NCBI GenBank assembly: GCA_013115145.1
Contig: JAAPAO010000016.1
Location: 62,001 to 126,000, forward strand
DNA length: 64,000 nucleotides
Direction of reading: 5' to 3'
From: Perkinsus chesapeaki ATCC PRA-425
Lineage: Eukaryota > Protista > Perkinsozoa
The notes beneath the pieces were generated by a model, which was given only the letters and a program-made list of their open reading frames with translations, had not been told where the DNA came from and searched no databases. How positions within the stretch are numbered: the first letter of the stretch is position 1; each line of letters starts with the position of its first letter. A program made the position numbers and the translations under genes. Positions 12,240 through 24,100 of the stretch are shown here, piece after piece.

Positions 12240-15200
12240 TATGGTGACGCGTCAGGTTCATCACGCGGACGGCAGCTCGCAATTCCGACCACGGCAGCGG
12301 TAAGTTACCTCAACGCGGGGCACACTCATGTCGGCTCAGGCGAAACCGAGACATCACCTCTGAATCCGGCGGGGCTCAACAGTGGGGCTCTCACTAACGT
12401 GTTCGCTAAACGTAGGGCTGTCGGGGATGCCTTGAGCAGCTGCCTGGTGATTAGGAGCTGATGACTTCGAGGATCCGATACTGCTAGAGATTTCCTATGA
12501 CGATCCAACAACATTCGGTGGCAGGATGAACGAGATTGTGTTTGTCGACCCTTTGCACGACAGCTGTGAGGGACCCTGAACGCGTCGTGCGTACTTTGTG
12601 CGGCTTCAGATCGGCCGAGGATGCTTGTATCACTGGAGTGTGTGAAGGCCATGCATCGAGCGATTAGTGTAGGAGGTTGGTGGGTTGAGAAGTTACGGAG
12701 ATGTGTTGACAGATCCTGACTCGTAAAGTTGATAACCTGCTGAAGACATTGAGTGTCTGTAGGACAGACTATTTGAAGGAACTCACGCACCTGCGGGAAA
12801 TGTCGAATAAAGTTAAACACAAAGACGGAGACAGCAGGCCAACAGCTGATGGCTGTCCCGAGCTCGAACGAGTCCGTCGTGGCCGAGGGGGCCGGCACGA
12901 AGTATTCTACTTCAGTCCAGATCTCTACGTCGATGGCATCACCGTCGAGCTCGTGCACGGAAAGATACGCGAAGCTACCGAATCTATGCAGAAAAAGCTT
13001 GATGACGCTCAACATCAGAACGCGCTTCTTCGCGAGAGGCTTGTGAGACTCCAGGGAGTGGGCGCCGACCAGCAGGGCATGGACCAGCTCAGGTCGCTGG
13101 CCCTCGTGATTCCTATAGAACAGTTGGTAATCATGTTGAAGGTGTGCGCACAAGAAAGTGACTCAATAAAGTCCTTCTATAAAGCATGCAAGAGGGTTGT
13201 TGGGGACGACGATGGATCAGATAGCGACCAGGCCAGCGAGAACGGGTGCGAATCTGACTGGTCCGGGACAAGCCGCAGCCAACTGCGCCGGAAGCTGTCA
13301 GAAAGTCAGAAAGAATGCGAACGTCTTAGGAAACAAGTGCACGGACTGACAGAGTCTCGAGAGCAACTACTGGGGCAGCTTAGAACCCTTCATTCGGAGA
13401 GCCTGCAGCAGAAGTGTGACAGGCTCGAGGGCGAGGTCCGAGGCCTCCGGGCTGACAGGGAGGCTTTGGAGGCCGTGCGAACGGAGAACTCGAAACTGAA
13501 AGATATTTTGAGGAAGTTTCTCGCGGGTACGTGGTCTTCAAGGGAACACACCGCATTGAGGAAGTCCCTATTGGAAACCGGCTTGGTGGAGGATTCGAGG
13601 ATGGCAGATGAGGCCCTACGGCACCTCGGGGCGCCGGTGCGGTCTCGCGTTAAGCCTGACTGCACTGACGCCAGCTTTCAAGTTGATGTGGTAGACATTG
13701 CGGCCCTGAAGAAAGGCATTGTTGATTCGAAGCTCCTTATAATGCGATTACAAGATCTTGTTAAAGAAAAAGACCAGCAATTATCGACCATAGTGGAGGA
13801 GCTCGCGCACAGCGAAGAGCTGGATAAGATGGCCGTACTCGGGTCGCTGAAAGCAACCTTGCACCATGGCGAGCGAACCCAGGACAGGATACATGGCGCA
13901 GCAGAGAGCTCACTTGACGAGCTATGGAAGTCGGAGGACCTCGGCCGAGTCGCCAAAATATCCAAACGAGCTTCACGCAACCCATTAAACCGTGCTTCAA
14001 CCTTTATGAATCTTAGCGTCGAGGAGATACTTCGGACGCGCGATGTGGGAGTTCAGGCGGACATGTCATTCTCGGTCGTTCGGGCGTCCGTCGTGATGAA
14101 ACCAAAAGGGCGACTCAGAGCGTTCGTTAAAGACAAACTTTTACAAGACGTGCGGGAGAAGGCCAAACGGAGGAGTCGTCGATCCGTGAGTGCAGGAAAC
14201 AAGGGGCCCGATGATGAACCCAATGCTCAATCCGCGCATGCTAAGATACCGGGGGAAAGGCAGAGAAAGATCAAGGTAGCCGACAACCACAGAGAGAAGC
14301 CAGCGAGCTTCGACGACGAACCGAGTGATGAAGGTGTTCAACCCGACAAGGTGGGGAAGAATGTTCAGCGCAATAGCAAAGGAAAGCTTCTTACTTGGTC
14401 GGACGATCCGTTACAGGCAGGAAAAGGACCGGCTGGTGTGGGCAAGGCAGAATCTAGTGAGGGTGACATTGGGTTAATTGAGCAGCCCGAGAGGGAGCCG
14501 GGTGAATTAGGGGAGGTGCGAGGTGAAACAGAGAGTAAACCGGAGACCGTGTTGTCTGAAAAGGCAAGAAGTCCAGATGGTCAAGTAGGCATTCCGGAGA
14601 AGGTATCCAAGATAGAAAGCAGTCTAGGCGGAACACAGTCTGTATCTTGTTTGCCGGAGGCACAAGCCGCTCCACAAAGGGCACCCGATGCCGGCGATAC
14701 GCGTTCGAAAGCAGAGCATTACACTGGCAATAGTGGAGAGCTAGGCGTATCAGACTCGGCTGACGATAAGGACTGCATTGACAGAGCTGTGCAACCAAGA
14801 GCCAGTGGAGCAAAACCAGCAGTAGAGGGTGATTTAACAAAAGATACCCCGGCCGCTACTGCGGGAGCAGTTGACACCGAGCAAGGCGCTGCCGTCGATC
14901 GTAAGGAGCTACCCCGCTCCCCACGATCTGGCGAGGTGCCAACCGCAGAGTCAGCCGAACGCCAAAGTATGAACCGTACACCGCATAATATCTACACCAC
15001 AGAAGATGTAGTGGAGGAGGATGCAGATGAAGATTCGAGCTCATCAGCGGCCTCAGCGTCAGACGATACGGTTCGCATGAGCGGCATATGCGCAAAGCGT
15101 CATGTTGGCACTCTGTCAGGTGGAATCCCAAGTCTCCGAAAAGTCGCTAGCATCAGTTGAAGACTATTCTGAACTAGAGGAGGATAAGGCAAAAGCTGTT

Positions 15201-17346
15201 CACCTAGCCCCTGTGGAATTCTGTCTTTAGATTATTATGTGCCACGACGCGGTGATGAACACCATAGTTTCGGTCGCTTTCGGGGCGTTCCGCCATCTCG
15301 AAGAGGGTCCTGATGGAACTTGTTCCTCGGTCGTGACCGGCCCCAGCGCTGCCGTGCAGGCTCAACACAGAGCTGTTGTAGGTAAGCAGAACTAAACGTG
15401 GGACTAGGTGAAAAGTTTTTGTGAGTATAGCTCATCTGTGGGAAGAGATGTGCGCCAAATCAGCGGATGTCAAGGACGCCGAAAGTGATGACTCGGAGCA
15501 AGGCAGCGATGGCAAAGTCGAGGTACGGTTGCAAAGGTTAACAGCGAGGATTTCCTATGACTATGATTCTAGTTGCTGATTAAGGAGAACATGCTTCTCA
15601 AGTTCGAAAAGAAGGAACTAGCAGAAGCACTGAGTCGCGCTACGGCAGTAGACTCGAATACGATATCACTCTACCGCACAGAGTAAGAATGTGGTGTCTC
15701 TCCTGTGAAGCGTATCAGCCGCCCTATGGTGCATCACTGCTAGGTATGATGTGGTGATGGGTGAGTTAGGCAGGCTAAAGTGTGCTAATGCTGAGCTTGA
15801 GTAAGCAGACGCGATGGTCTTGCGCAACTTGACTCAATCAGGGCGACTTTACTGATGAAACGGCGTGACGGAGATAGTGAAGATGAAGGAGTCGGCAGCG
15901 AACCGTGCACAGTACGCCGGGATGAGCTGGAATGGCTAAGACAGCAGGTAGGTGATGTACAAAGATTGGACACTTAAAATAGCGCGGATAATAACTTTCC
16001 GATGCGGGGACTCGAACCCCGGTCGCGTGGGTGAGAGCCACGAATCCTAACCAGCTAGACTACATCGGAGCCTGCATATTTATCCTGATCTCCCTCAGCT
16101 TTCATCTCAGGTTACTGCCCAACGCAGCACTGTCGCCGCACTCGAAGTGGCTCTCGAAGCCCAATCAGCCTCTCTTCGAAGTTTAGCCGATAGGTATGCT
16201 TCCTTCTGTACTGCAACATCTACCGAATGCTGCCAGGCACAGTCGAGCTACTCAATCCCGCAATCCCCAGAGCGAGGATCAGCGAGGAGTTGCGGTGCGT
16301 CAGTTAACCGACTACCAGCCTTCAGGCGCAACAGGGCCACTTCCAGCCAACGACGGACATACGTACGGAATCCGTATTGCGTATAGTGCCCTCCTCTCCC
16401 TGGGCATAGCTTCACGTCGAACTCTCAGGACAGTGGTACCGTTGCCGGGTATAGTGGCTATTGAGGAGACCAAACTCAAGGGCCTTCTGAAGGAGGTTGA
16501 GTCACGGTAAGTACCCGGAATTGCTACACTGATGGCGGTTATCAGTCATCATCATCACAGTTCTAGCATCGCGATCAACGTCAGCGAATTCGTCGACTTG
16601 TTCTCCCATTGCTTAGATCTAAGGAGGTCTTGGAACTGCGAGCCGAAGTTTGTTCATCGAATCAGATGCTACACCACCGGTGAGCTTATTCGCCAGCGAA
16701 GTTTTGGCATTGCTCCTTGTGTAGTGGCACCACATCCGAGCAACGAGATCAGGTCGTACTCAGTCGGAGAGAGTATGCAGACCTCCTGGGCGAAGCACAA
16801 GAAGCTCGACAGCAGCGCACTGTGCCGGACCTACACCGAGAGATAGACGCCCAAGTGTACGAGAGGAAGATGTTCGATCTACGGGCGCAGATAGCTTCCT
16901 ACAAGGTAGGCCTCTGGCCTCAGCTGGATCATTCACAACTAAGATCAGGCCCAGTTAGTTGCCATGAAGCTCGTCAACAACATTCTGCCTGTCCTAGAGA
17001 AACGTGGACTGTTGAAGAGACTCATCGAGGGGGCGGAAGGAGACCGGCTTGAAGATATTGTAACAGTGCAAGTAGGCGTCACAGCCATGGACTTGATCTC
17101 GACTGCGCGCTACAGGAGCTCAAGATTCGAGACTTAAGGCGCACAATTGCTAACTTGATCTGCTTGCACCGGGCAGCGAAGCCATTCACAGACGGCCTAG
17201 AGGTGGTCCTGTCTGCAAAGCCCATACGGCCGCCACCGAAGCAACGGTACCTCAGCCTCGAGGATATCAAATCAGATGATGATAGCACTAGTGCTGACGA
17301 CTCTCCTCGCCTCGGTCCACCAGGCACAGGCTGTAGATTACAGTAA
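12240..17346 (+). CDS. Large multi-exon coiled-coil/low-complexity hypothetical protein
   Basis: 803-codon open exon at 12749-15160 (RKVDNLLKTLSVCRTDYLKELTHLRE; E/K/Q-rich heptads) plus downstream spliced exons (EAQEARQQRTVPDLHREIDAQVYERKMFDLRAQIASYK; ELKIRDLRRTIANL). Start, and a possible extension to about 18000, are uncertain. Confidence 0.7.
15997..16069 (-). tRNA. tRNA-Glu(CTC), intact, inside an intron (15948-16110) of the opposite-strand gene
   Basis: Reverse complement TCCGATG TA GTCTAGCTGGTTAGGA T TCGTGG CT CTC AC CCACG CGAC CGGGG TTCGAGT CCCCG CATCGGA A has perfect acceptor and T stems and a CTC anticodon. TTTT lies about 17 nt downstream. Confidence 0.95.
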
Positions 17347-18009
17347 GCCTCTCTGCGACGTTATCCGCATTGTCACGTGGGTAGCGCTGTTGCTCGATGT
17401 TGTATCTTGTCTTCAGGCGTCCTAAGGCCTTCCGAGCCTCGCCACCAATCGATCACTCGACGGCCGTCTATCGACGTGGCGTCGGAGGCATAAGCTTCCA
17501 CAACTTCTGGTGGAAGCGTCGCCTACAGAAGGCTGAGGATGCGGTCGTTGACGACGACGATGTTGACTTCTATCACCAAGAGCCCATGCTTCGCACGGGA
17601 ACAATACCCCTTTCGAGACCGGCCCCAAGAGCCCGGCGGCCAGCACCTCCGCAGCCTCGACGAAGGAGATACCGAGGCACCGAGGAGGCCAGTGAGGTGA
17701 ATGCGTCCAGTGTGTACATAACCATACCGCAACCGTACATGTACCGTTGATTTGCTTTACAATGGTGTTCCTTGAGGATTCGGCTGTTGAGTTGTCATGT
17801 CGTGGATCAATCTTTAGTAGAAGCCAAGACGATGGTGACCAGAGCGTCACCGAGCGATGCATTCTACTACTAGGAGCCATCGTATCAGCTTCGCCGTGTC
17901 AACATTGGCATTGGGAAACTACATATTCAACACCATCACGTTTTAAAATCAATTCTAATAAATTGATAACACCGTCAATGCTATTCCTCGCAGCAGCTCC
18001 TTAGAAGAC

Positions 18010-19379
18010 GCTTTAGGTCTCCTTGGCTCGGCCGATTCGAGCCAGCCAGCCTCAGCGGGACAATAAAGCGTCGCTGGGAAAGTAGAAGGGCGACAGGCGC
18101 TCAGTTGCAGGCTTTGCTACCTGATCTCGCAGACGGCCCTGCCCAGACGTGTTCGACTGCTCAACCTACAATAGGACCATCACAGGAAGGAGCGGTATGA
18201 GCCTACTAGTGTATTCCTCGATTTCTGTGCAAACCTCGCCTCGTTGATTTGCCTTTCAAAAGCTTTGAGGATTCGCATTCCGCGTACCTGATGCGTGGTG
18301 CTTGCTGCCTCCTACAGTGTTCGACACAGTTATGGTCCCTATAAGCTACCAACACTGTAATAGTTCAACCGAGCCAGCAGTTAGCTCTGGCTCTATGGGT
18401 CATCAGTGCCTACGCGGGTGCGTACTTGTCGAAGAGATTTCCTCTTAGCCATCATAGCATCCATCAGTCTCTGTCTTCTGTACATCGATGTGAGGAACTT
18501 GAAGCCGAGATTCTCAGTGTCGCCCAAATTGCCTCGAATGAGCGATTTGAAAACCTACAAGTGCCAATCACTGCGACCCGCAGAGCGCCGCAGAGCTACT
18601 TTGAACATCGCCGAGAAGCTAGGGTCGCTCGAGCCATGTCCTTTACGTAACTGAAATGCACCTCTACGTTGAATGCACCGCTAACACGAACGTTACTATG
18701 CTGAGGAACTCGTAGAACTCTATCACGCCGGACTCGTCCTCATCTACGCCAGAGAGCATCTTCTCTACGTCGGAGCGCTTCTCAGCCAGGCCCAAGGCGA
18801 CCATGACCTGATGGGCCGTTGAGCTATTCGATAACAGTTGGAGTTCAGACCTCCTCGAGCTCGCTGACATCAATGCTTCCTGATGCGTCTCGATCAAGGG
18901 CGTCGAAATATGTCCTCAACATCTTTCGCTCGTCGTCATCAAAGTCGACCATGCATGAACGGCCTGTAAGAGACGCGGCTTCCTTGTGTTGCGGCCTAGT
19001 GCTTCACTATGTGAATTGTGTAAATGGCCCGAATGATAAGATAGACAGACGGACAGGATACCGACCTCGCGAAGCTAACCATTGCCGCTCCTTGGATTCG
19101 TGTATCAACCGGCAGCACTCCGGTCTGGCGATTTTCGGTAGTCCCTGAAACCGTTTCGGCGACAAATTGGCAAGTGTGAGCTTCTTACAGGGAGGGATTC
19201 AGATGGCATAAGACTCCGTTTCATTTCCTTCGCGAGCGGATCGAATACCGGGTCCTAGATGACATGTTTTGGCTCACCGACAAGTCTGAGATTCTTACGA
19301 AAGGCTCGGTCGGGCGCGGCAGTGTTGGTTCGCTACAACTGTGCTTGCTCTTGAGTCGCGATGACAGCGTGTTTTTCAT
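18010..19379 (-). CDS. EF-hand calcium-binding protein (centrin/calmodulin-like lobe)
   Basis: Exons encode FDDDERKMLRTYFDALDRDASGSIDVSELEE and VMVALGLAEKRSDVEKMLSGVDEDESGVIEFYEFLSI, two canonical EF loops. Flanking exons are less certain. Confidence 0.8.
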
Positions 19380-19613
19380 TGTGTCAATTTCTTCAAGCTA
19401 AGCTACAAGATTCTCATAAGAGGCAATCACTGTGAGCTATACAAAGGCATATAAGTACCTCGGTTGTCGTATCATCTCCCAAAGCGTTGAAAACCCAAGT
19501 ACTTGGATTCTTGAAACAGGTTTATTATTGAGTATGAAACGAAGTTAATGATACCAGAGACGGACAACTATAATTAAATATCAGAAAAGCTACTACTGGG
19601 GATATGTAATTTA

Positions 19614-20978
19614 CTACTCTATCAGCTTTCTCTTCACAGGATCGTGCTTGCTTGTAGTGACCTTGTGCTTGACAGAGTGGTGCAAGAATACACCTAATAA
19701 GAACACCTCGGCTACTGCCAAAACGGAATTGTACAGCAGGCCTAGAAGACCTATACTGGATTCGTCAATGTCTCCACATAGTGCCCATAGCTTGCCCAAA
19801 GCTAACACATGAAAAGGAAGAGCAAAAATAGCAGATATCCAGACCACCATTCTGGAAGGTCTCATACCGACACGTGGTAGCACCTCACAACCTAGCATCA
19901 CCAATCCCATATAAAAATTTCTTATGAGAAATACGGACATTGGCTGGATGAAACGACCTGTAGCGAAGGTGATAATGCCAGATGAAAAAGCGAACACTGC
20001 GCCACAGCGGACTGCTTGGTGACGAGTGAGCCAGGTAACCCACAGTTTGTCGAACGACTGGCGAACATGGTCCTTGAAAGCATCAACCGAACCGTAAATA
20101 GAGGTGATCTCCTCCACAAGAATCTCCCTGTCTTCGGGCACCGTACACTGCAGTTCCTCAACGTCAACCTCACAAAAATCGGACCATACACATAGAGACT
20201 TGGGAACTATGTCGCCGGCTACCTGGGATGCGAATAGAATACAGTAAAAAATGTCAACAAGAAAGTAATATTCAGCATTGATAGCACTCCTCACGCTCCA
20301 GTATAGGATCTCCGTCCCGGCCATACGTAGTTTGAGAAGTAACAGGTCTGTAGGCATCATATCGATGTCATCGACAGAGTGGTTTTTAAGGAAACAGGCC
20401 ACCTCGTAGACGCACCACAGACGTTTATTGTACGTCGGCGTCCACAAGATGAACAGATTGTCAGAGTTGTCGAGAAAGCTTTGCATGCTTCTGATGCTTT
20501 CCTGCTTCTCAATTTCATCAGTCTGATTGATGCTGTACTTGTCGAGAAATAATATCGCCTTACTATGAGATAGCAACCCGGCCATGACGAATCCAGCTAC
20601 CCAGACAATCCAGGACGCCATGAGGCAAACGTAGAGCTCAAAGCCGGCGTACCGTAGAGCGGCCGTGATCAAGAAGGCTGCTATGAAGGGCACGCCTGTG
20701 CTGTAAACGAATGCCATGCTTAGGAAGGCAGATATGCGACTGGTGCTCCACGGATGACTGATAAATACGTCAAATCTTGGAACTTCTTTGGTAAAGCGTT
20801 CGGCTAGGGAAGAGGAATTGACGCCGAAGAGCTCGATGAACCAAAGGCGTAGTGCGTTCAAAACCGGTATACCCATCATGGCGGCAGCACCATGAGGATG
20901 CCCAATAACGCCAGGAGAATGGCCAGGTTGAAGACGTTGCCGGACGCTATTAGTAGGGGCTGCGTGAGGTGAGGGCAT
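19614..20978 (-). CDS. Intronless multi-pass membrane protein with a TIR-like (TIR_2-type) domain
   Basis: 454-aa ORF with FDVFISHPWS, FLDKYSINQ and SDNLFILWTPTYNKRLWCVYEVACF motifs plus several hydrophobic segments. Confidence 0.75.
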   Translation of the reverse strand: MPSPHAAPTNSVRQRLQPGHSPGVIGHPHGAAAMMGIPVLNALRLWFIELFGVNSSSLAERFTKEVPRFDVFISHPWSTSRISAFLSMAFVYSTGVPFIAAFLITAALRYAGFELYVCLMASWIVWVAGFVMAGLLSHSKAILFLDKYSINQTDEIEKQESIRSMQSFLDNSDNLFILWTPTYNKRLWCVYEVACFLKNHSVDDIDMMPTDLLLLKLRMAGTEILYWSVRSAINAEYYFLVDIFYCILFASQVAGDIVPKSLCVWSDFCEVDVEELQCTVPEDREILVEEITSIYGSVDAFKDHVRQSFDKLWVTWLTRHQAVRCGAVFAFSSGIITFATGRFIQPMSVFLIRNFYMGLVMLGCEVLPRVGMRPSRMVVWISAIFALPFHVLALGKLWALCGDIDESSIGLLGLLYNSVLAVAEVFLLGVFLHHSVKHKVTTSKHDPVKRKLIE

Positions 20979-21162
20979 TGTTATACTTCAAACGCTTTGA
21001 CAAGAGCGGCTTGCTTCGTGACGGTAAGAGAAGGACCATACTTGCTCTCTTAGACAATCTTGAGGTTCCTCAACGAACATGACAACGCAGTTCTGAATCG
21101 CTGCGAAGGAGATCTCCGTTATTAAGCTGGACATCACTCCATGCAAGAGACGACAATGCTAT

Positions 21163-24100
21163 ATGGTCCAACCAACTGATATCATTCCTCTCGTCTTTGC
21201 ACCACACAATATCTCTCCAGATCCTTGCATATCTACCTCAATGCCGGCTGCGTCCCCCCGGCCCGCCTCTGTTCGCCTTATAGATGCTTACGGCTCTATT
21301 GACGGTCCTGTGAAGGCAGGTCTTAGGCATCAGTACGCCCAGGATGCTCAGCAGTTCGTAGGAGATTCATGTTCGAACACAGGGGTAGCGGCGGTCTAGG
21401 TACCGGCGCGGAGGCTGCCCACGGTCCTGGGAGAGGCATCAGAGCATATGGCCATGTTTAGGGAACGCTTTATGGCCCTTAGAAAGATACTTTGGCGTGA
21501 GTTGAAGCGGGATAGGGACCTCCAATCAACCTATTTAGAATCTTCGGGCAATCCAAGCTTCGTGGATGCAGCAGTGGAAAAGATAGCATCAGACGGCACC
21601 AAGATGCCTAAGGTGATAAGAAGGGCTGGGCCGCTCGCGAAACGCGCTCAGAGCCGACATCAGTGGACGGAGAAAAATTTTTCCGTCAATTTTTTTTTTG
21701 CATAGCGCAGTCCGAAGGGCTGAGTGATTGGAGGGTCTAGTGGTAATATAGGAGCTTGGGAATATTCAACGAATTCGGAGGAGTTATAGTGACCTGTTGA
21801 ATAGGGAATTAAGATAGTATTGCTCAGATAAGAATTAAGGGGCAGCAAAGCGATAGAGGGATGTCATCGGGGATGATGGAAAGGATATGTATAAGTTCAC
21901 ATATGGATGTAGTACACGGAATCAAGATATGCTCCCCATCATCCGGTCTTCCGTGATCGCGTACCATGAATCGGCTAAAGCATTCTTCAACACCGGGGAT
22001 GTTGTATAGATTGTGTATGGTCTCTGGCAGCCACAGAAAATATCCCCGGACGTGCTTGCTTCCCACGGAGAGGACCATCCTTGTATTGCTAACATGGGAC
22101 CTCCCGCGTCGTGTGCTGCACGGGTATCGGCGTTGCAGTGTCCTCGCCTTTAGGATGTCACAGTAGAGGAGCCTCCAGCTCCAGAGGACCAGTCCCTATT
22201 GAAGCCGCAGCCTAATGAGCGCGTTGTGGTTACAGCAGTTGAGAACCTGCCCGGCAATCCAGGCGTCAAGGTCGGTGGCAGCCGTCTTTTAGATTGACGA
22301 GTTTGGTCCCCTAGTTCGTATTTGGTCTGCTGTCAAGGGCGTCTGAAGGGGCGCTTCATATAGAGGATATTCACCAAAGCGTTCGCTTGGATTTCTCAAA
22401 GTGCCTTCCGAGCGCGGAGCTGATAGTAGCCGATGCCAGCTTCGTAGGAGAGATTGCGGTAGGGCACTGTGGTAGGGTGCGTGGGGGTAGGTAATTATGA
22501 AAGGAGAGATGTCCATATTGGGAGATGGTATCCTGCATGTATTGGAGATGATGATGCCTCCGAGGGGTAGTAATAAAATGGAGGGGCTGGGAATAGAACC
22601 TGGGACCTTTCGCATGGGTTCGGCTGGTGCATTTGATTCCGCGGTATTATCGTCTTTGTGAGAATGCAAAAGTCGGTGGTTATACCTTTTCCCTCCAGCG
22701 TGGCTTATATTTGTGCCATCTGGAGCCATTAGTGTATACTCCACAGCTGTGTAATGCATAAGTCCTTCATCATTATCATTTACCTTTGTGTGCTGGGCGG
22801 GGTTGAGAGAGGTAACCAGCTCCAAGATAGAGCGGAAAATTGGTATGAAAATATATTTTATATAACACTTGAAAAAGCCTATTAATCAGTAATCGTGGTA
22901 TGTTATTAATGATAGAGCGAATTCACATTATGGTCCTTGTAGGGCCACCTCGTGCTCCACGTCCTCATCAGTGATCAGGACGTGTAGCAGTGATCAGTGA
23001 TCACCCCACGGTATTTAGCTGCGTAATATTTCTCTCTTTTCCTCCGTCTAAATTATGTAGATGCCGGAGCATTTGCTGTAGAGTGTGCCGATGGCACACG
23101 GCCGAAGTGACGTTGCAATTTCATGCCGTTTAGTTTCGCGAAGATTCTGCGATCCAACTTTGGACATCTTCGGTTCGACTATCCGAGATAACCAACTTGG
23201 CAGTCACTCGGGGCTCTTGGAGATCTCCGAGATTGGTCAGCCCGGCTTGGAATCTGCGGAGGATCTGATGGTTGTTGTGATTGGCGAGGTGACGTATAGT
23301 TCACCGCCGAGCGGTAGGAGATGGCTGCGGCCAGGTTCACTTGGACGATGAGAACACTTTCGATAAGCTGGCGGACATTCTCTACGGGTTCGATAGGATG
23401 GACCAGCCGCCGCCGGCAGTTTACGTCTTCATGGGCAACTTCACGAAGAAGGCCGTCAATTTAAGGGTAACCTACTCATGAAGGCGTTCGGCCGGGGCGC
23501 GCATACGCTACAGAGTGACGTCTAGGGCTGGAATTGCGCCATATAATGTCACGAAACTACCGGTTATAGAACGTTGTTTCGATTCAAAAAGTAGCGGCGC
23601 CTCCAGATGGGGAGAACGGTGCGTTGGCGAATGATTGGTAATGGGTCTCTTCAGTCGGCCAAGTGCGTTAGAGAATACAGAGCATGCTGGGCACGGCTCT
23701 CGGAGGAGTTGGAGCGATTTCCAAGTAAGCTTCTTGAATAGCGTCCGAGGGGTGTATATTGGAATGATTCGGGTGAAAAATATCAAACTGGTCGATGATG
23801 AAGATTGTTGGCGGCTCTTCCGTGCTGCTGGATCAGGGACACCTCCAGCCTCGTGAAAGTGTATCCCTTGGGGACTGAAAGGTGTTCCTGACGCGGAGGA
23901 ACGTTAGGAACTTTGATACAAAATATGTAACTAGATGGAAAAGGGACGTCAGATGCGATCCAGCTGTGCACCCCGGATGCCCTTCTATGACTCTGTATTG
24001 GATTTTCGGCCGCTTACTCGAGATACTATGTCCAAGTCGCACCTAGTATTCATCCCGGGACCAGATGACCCGGCCTGTGTCGGTGGACTCTTGCCAGTAC

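Noticed and set aside
12326-13153. 275-aa minus-strand ORF, and similar ORFs at 5570-5929, 23985-24368 and 37169-37624
   Set aside because: They are antisense shadows of well-supported coding exons on the other strand and have no independent motifs.
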